From the IMG/VR virus record IMGVR_UViG_3300029705_000156: 55,636 nucleotides of DNA; one strand, 5' to 3'. The notes under the pieces were generated by a model. The model had not been told where the DNA came from, searched no databases, and saw only the letters and a program-made list of their open reading frames with translations. Position 1 is the first letter of the stretch, and the number at the start of each line of letters is the position of its first letter. The stretch is from a virus. The position numbers were made by a program, and so were the translations under genes. Shown one piece after another: positions 53,019 to 55,636 of the stretch.

Positions 53019-53750
53019 ATGTTCAATTCAAACACAGGTTTTTCAATGCCGGTTATGCCTGCTTATGGCAACAACGGCGGTTTTGGTGGCGGTTTTGGCG
53101 AAGATTTAATCGCACTTATCGTTATCTTAGCAGTATTAAATGGCGGTTTTGGTGGTTTTGGCTTTGGTGGTAACGGTGGTTATTCCGAAGTTCAAAGAGG
53201 ATTTGATCACAACGCAGTTATTAACAAGTTAGATGGTCTTACTTATGGACTTTCCGACAGCACTTATGCACTTACAGGAGCATTAAACAGCGGATTTAAT
53301 AGTGTTCAGCAGACATTGTGTCAGGGCTTTAATGGTCTTAGCAGAGAAGTAGCTGACTGTTGCTGTGCAACACAGGGCGCAATTAAAGATGTTCGCTATG
53401 ACCTTGCAACACAGGCTTGCGATACAAGAAATCTGATTCAATCTACCACAAGAGATATTATTGATGGTCAGAATGCTTCTACGAGAGCCATTCTCGATTT
53501 TCTTACCACTGATAAAATCGCTTCATTACAGGCTGAAAACCAGTCTCTTAAACTTGCGGCTTCACAGTCAAATCAGAACGCAGTTTTGATGGCAGCTATG
53601 GATGCTAATAAGGCAGAGATTTTAAGACGCACTGGAAACGAATGTCCTATCCCGGCATACGTTGTTCCAAATCCTAACTGTTGCTACAATCCTTTTGGGG
53701 TTGGCTATGGTAGCGGATATGGAAATTCTTGCGGTTGCGGATGTGCTTAA
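53019..53750 (+). CDS. Gly-rich membrane protein with Cys-rich C-terminus
   Basis: GGFGGGFGEDLIALIVILAVLNGGFGGFGFGGNGG (YjcZ-like segment), then CCCATQG and NPNCCYNPFGVGYGSGYGNSCGCGCA. RBS AAAGGAG. A terminator follows. Confidence 0.55.
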   Translation: MFNSNTGFSMPVMPAYGNNGGFGGGFGEDLIALIVILAVLNGGFGGFGFGGNGGYSEVQRGFDHNAVINKLDGLTYGLSDSTYALTGALNSGFNSVQQTLCQGFNGLSREVADCCCATQGAIKDVRYDLATQACDTRNLIQSTTRDIIDGQNASTRAILDFLTTDKIASLQAENQSLKLAASQSNQNAVLMAAMDANKAEILRRTGNECPIPAYVVPNPNCCYNPFGVGYGSGYGNSCGCGCA

Positions 53751-53856
53751 TTACAAATGAAAACTGAATAAACTCGCCCTTATGGGTTGATATTTCAAAG
53801 GGGTAGAAGTGGTAATTCTATCCCTTTTTGATTAAAGAAAGAGAGGTAAAAGCAAT

Positions 53857-54252
53857 ATGGCTTGTAAAAATGTATGTCGCTTATGCGATAGATTGATTAT
53901 TAGTTCCGCAGTAACCTTTACCGCCGGAACAGGACTTATTATTAACATCCCCGAAGGTAGTTACCAAGACGGATGTAAATATTGCATCGTAGTAGCACAG
54001 ACTATTCCCGATGCAACAACAATTACTGCCCCGGTATTTATTACTATCGGAGATGGAGATGTTTTATATCCGCTTAACAAATGCGATTGCACACAGGCAA
54101 CTGCTTGTAGTATTCGCACAAGAACAAAATATGCAACTAGGGTTGAAACAAGTGCTACAACAGGCGTTTTCAAACTTCTTGGAAGAGTGGCTTGCGCACC
54201 CAACAACAACTTAACAGCGATTGACGGTACGGCACCGACAACAGGGGCATAG
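53857..54252 (+). CDS. Cys-containing beta-rich protein
   Basis: MACKNVCRLCDRL... 131 aa. RBS AGAGAGG. No family recognised. Confidence 0.5.
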   Translation: MACKNVCRLCDRLIISSAVTFTAGTGLIINIPEGSYQDGCKYCIVVAQTIPDATTITAPVFITIGDGDVLYPLNKCDCTQATACSIRTRTKYATRVETSATTGVFKLLGRVACAPNNNLTAIDGTAPTTGA

Positions 54253-54269
54253 AAAGGTAGGTAGATATA

Positions 54270-55070
54270 ATGGCAGAAGAAACAAAAGTAGGAATGAAAC
54301 TTGATATGGAGTTAGAACCTATCAAGGATATGTGCAAGAAATTAGAAGAAGCAGTAAAGCACGAATTAAGTAAAGGCATTGAAAATGTTGACGCAAAAGA
54401 GCTTGGCGAAGTAGTTGATATGATTAAAGACCTTTACGAAGCAAAAGAGAAAATTGTTAAGGCTTGCTATTACAAAGGCGTGCTTGAAGCAATGGAAGAA
54501 CACGATTTTGAAGATGAGGACGAAATCGAAGAAGAAGGACGCAGAGGTTACAGAGGACAGCCGAGAAGTCAAAGCGGTAGATTTATGAGCCGTGGAGATG
54601 GCAGACGCTCAAATCGTGGTCGTAGTAGCCGTAGAGGTTATGAAGATATGATGATGTATGACGATATGGACTATGACGAAATGGAAAGAATGCGTGATAT
54701 GGACAGACCTTATGGAAGAATGGGTTACAGTGGTAGTGGTTCAAGTGGCGGTTCTTCAAGCGGAATGTCAAGCGGCGGTTCATCATCTAGCGGTATGAAT
54801 AGCGGTTCTATGGGTTCACAAGGCGGTTCAAATAGCGGTAGCCGTGGATATTCTGAAAGCAGATACGACAGAGCAAGAAGAGGTTATGAAGAAACCAAAG
54901 CAATGCACAATAGCGATTCAGCAGAAGATAAACAGTTGACTATGCGTGAAGCGGAAAAAATGGTAAATGTTATTTTTGATGAATTAGAAGAATCATTATC
55001 AGATGCCCCGAAAGAGGTTAAAGATATGATTAAAAACAAAGGAATGGCTAAATTGCAGAAGATTCAATAA
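54270..55070 (+). CDS. Intrinsically disordered RG/SG/DM-rich protein with helical termini
   Basis: Central GRRGYRGQPRSQSGRFMSRGDGRRSNRGRSSRRGYEDMMMYDDMDYDEMERMRDMDRPYGRMGYSGSGSSGGSSSGMSSGG... Confidence 0.55.
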   Translation: MAEETKVGMKLDMELEPIKDMCKKLEEAVKHELSKGIENVDAKELGEVVDMIKDLYEAKEKIVKACYYKGVLEAMEEHDFEDEDEIEEEGRRGYRGQPRSQSGRFMSRGDGRRSNRGRSSRRGYEDMMMYDDMDYDEMERMRDMDRPYGRMGYSGSGSSGGSSSGMSSGGSSSSGMNSGSMGSQGGSNSGSRGYSESRYDRARRGYEETKAMHNSDSAEDKQLTMREAEKMVNVIFDELEESLSDAPKEVKDMIKNKGMAKLQKIQ

Positions 55071-55137
55071 ACGCACGAAAAACGCACGATAAACACACGC
55101 GTGCGATTAAATTAAGGGGTGGAGAAATCTGCCCCTT

Positions 55138-55179
55138 TTAGTCGAGAATAGTTTTAATTTAGTCGAGGATTTAGTCGAG
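55138..55179. repeat. Three direct TTAGTCGAG repeats upstream of the second M78-like gene
   Basis: Copies at 55138-55146, 55159-55167 and 55171-55179. Confidence 0.6.
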
Positions 55180-55190
55180 GTGGTAGTAAT

Positions 55191-55517
55191 ATGACATTTA
55201 CAGTAAATAACCAAGAATGGGAATTAGTGTTAGTAAATCCGAATAGTAAAGAACTTATGAGAAGTAATGGCAGTATAACAATCGGAATGACAGATAATAA
55301 CCAAAAGAAAGTGTTTATAAATAATAGGCTAAATGATTATCTTTTTGATAAATGTTTGGCTCACGAACTATGCCACGTTTACGCTTTTTCTTTTGATTAT
55401 TTTATGGATATTGAAACCGAAGAGATTGTTGCGGACTTCTTCAGTTTGTTTGGTAGAAGTATGGTTTATATGCTTGATGATTTGGTTGGCATATTGAAAA
55501 AAGCCTACATTGCGTAG
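55191..55517 (+). CDS. Small zincin metallopeptidase, ImmA/IrrE (M78)-like, paralogue of 3393-3743
   Basis: ITIGMTDNNQKKVFINNRL...CLAHELCHVYAF (HExxH). The stop lies inside a GCCTAC/GTAGGC hairpin. Confidence 0.55.
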   Translation: MTFTVNNQEWELVLVNPNSKELMRSNGSITIGMTDNNQKKVFINNRLNDYLFDKCLAHELCHVYAFSFDYFMDIETEEIVADFFSLFGRSMVYMLDDLVGILKKAYIA

Positions 55518-55636
55518 GCTAATTTCTATTTTTCTGTGTTTTCTTTGTGAATATATGCTATCGGATGAAAAATACAGTTTTCTATCATTTTTGCATCTTC
55601 AATAGCCTCTTTTTCCGTATCCCACTCTTTTCTGTA
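55510..55636. repeat. Terminal overlap copy 2 (identical to 1-127)
   Basis: Same as copy 1. Confidence 0.9.

Larger units (their letters stand above)
1..55636 (+). mobile_element. Complete temperate siphovirus-type phage genome, circularly closed assembly (unit 55,509 bp)
   Basis: Packaging, head, tail, lysis, lysogeny, recombination and replication modules plus integrase and attP are all present. The first 127 nt recur exactly at the window end. Confidence 0.85.

Overview
This window is a complete temperate siphovirus-type phage genome. It is circularly closed: the first 127 nt are repeated exactly at the end, so the unit length is 55,509 bp. Most genes are on the + strand. All family names below come from reading motifs by eye, with no database search. 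The layout runs as follows.

- **1-2.3 kb:** a leftward operon of small genes with a minimal tyrosine recombinase, then an AT-rich iteron/promoter hub and a ribbon-helix-helix (RHH) gene.
- **2.2-7.6 kb:** a promoter-leader-terminator unit and a possible small terminase, two M78-like zincins, and two tRNAs bracketing a roughly 470-nt GC-rich ORF-free structured region.
- **7.7-30.7 kb:** packaging, head, tail and lysis genes, including TerL, a collagen-like protein, portal, scaffold, gpE-like capsid, a frameshifted tail chaperone, tape measure, fibres and an amidase. An XhlA/holin pair is displaced into the head-tail joining genes.
- **31.1-32.7 kb:** a CI/Cro switch followed by exclusion-type genes.
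- **33-50 kb:** early genes, including a secreted transglycosylase, a Spo0A-C-like protein, a complete diversity-generating retroelement (DGR) with two targets, an exonuclease/annealase/RusA set, three DNA methyltransferases, an HNH endonuclease, ssb, a replisome organizer and a loader.
- **50.6-55.1 kb:** an integrase and a tRNA-type attP, then an unexplained cargo operon of low-complexity proteins.

The most interesting items are the tRNA-flanked large RNA candidate, the DGR placed outside the tail module, and the attP-proximal cargo operon.
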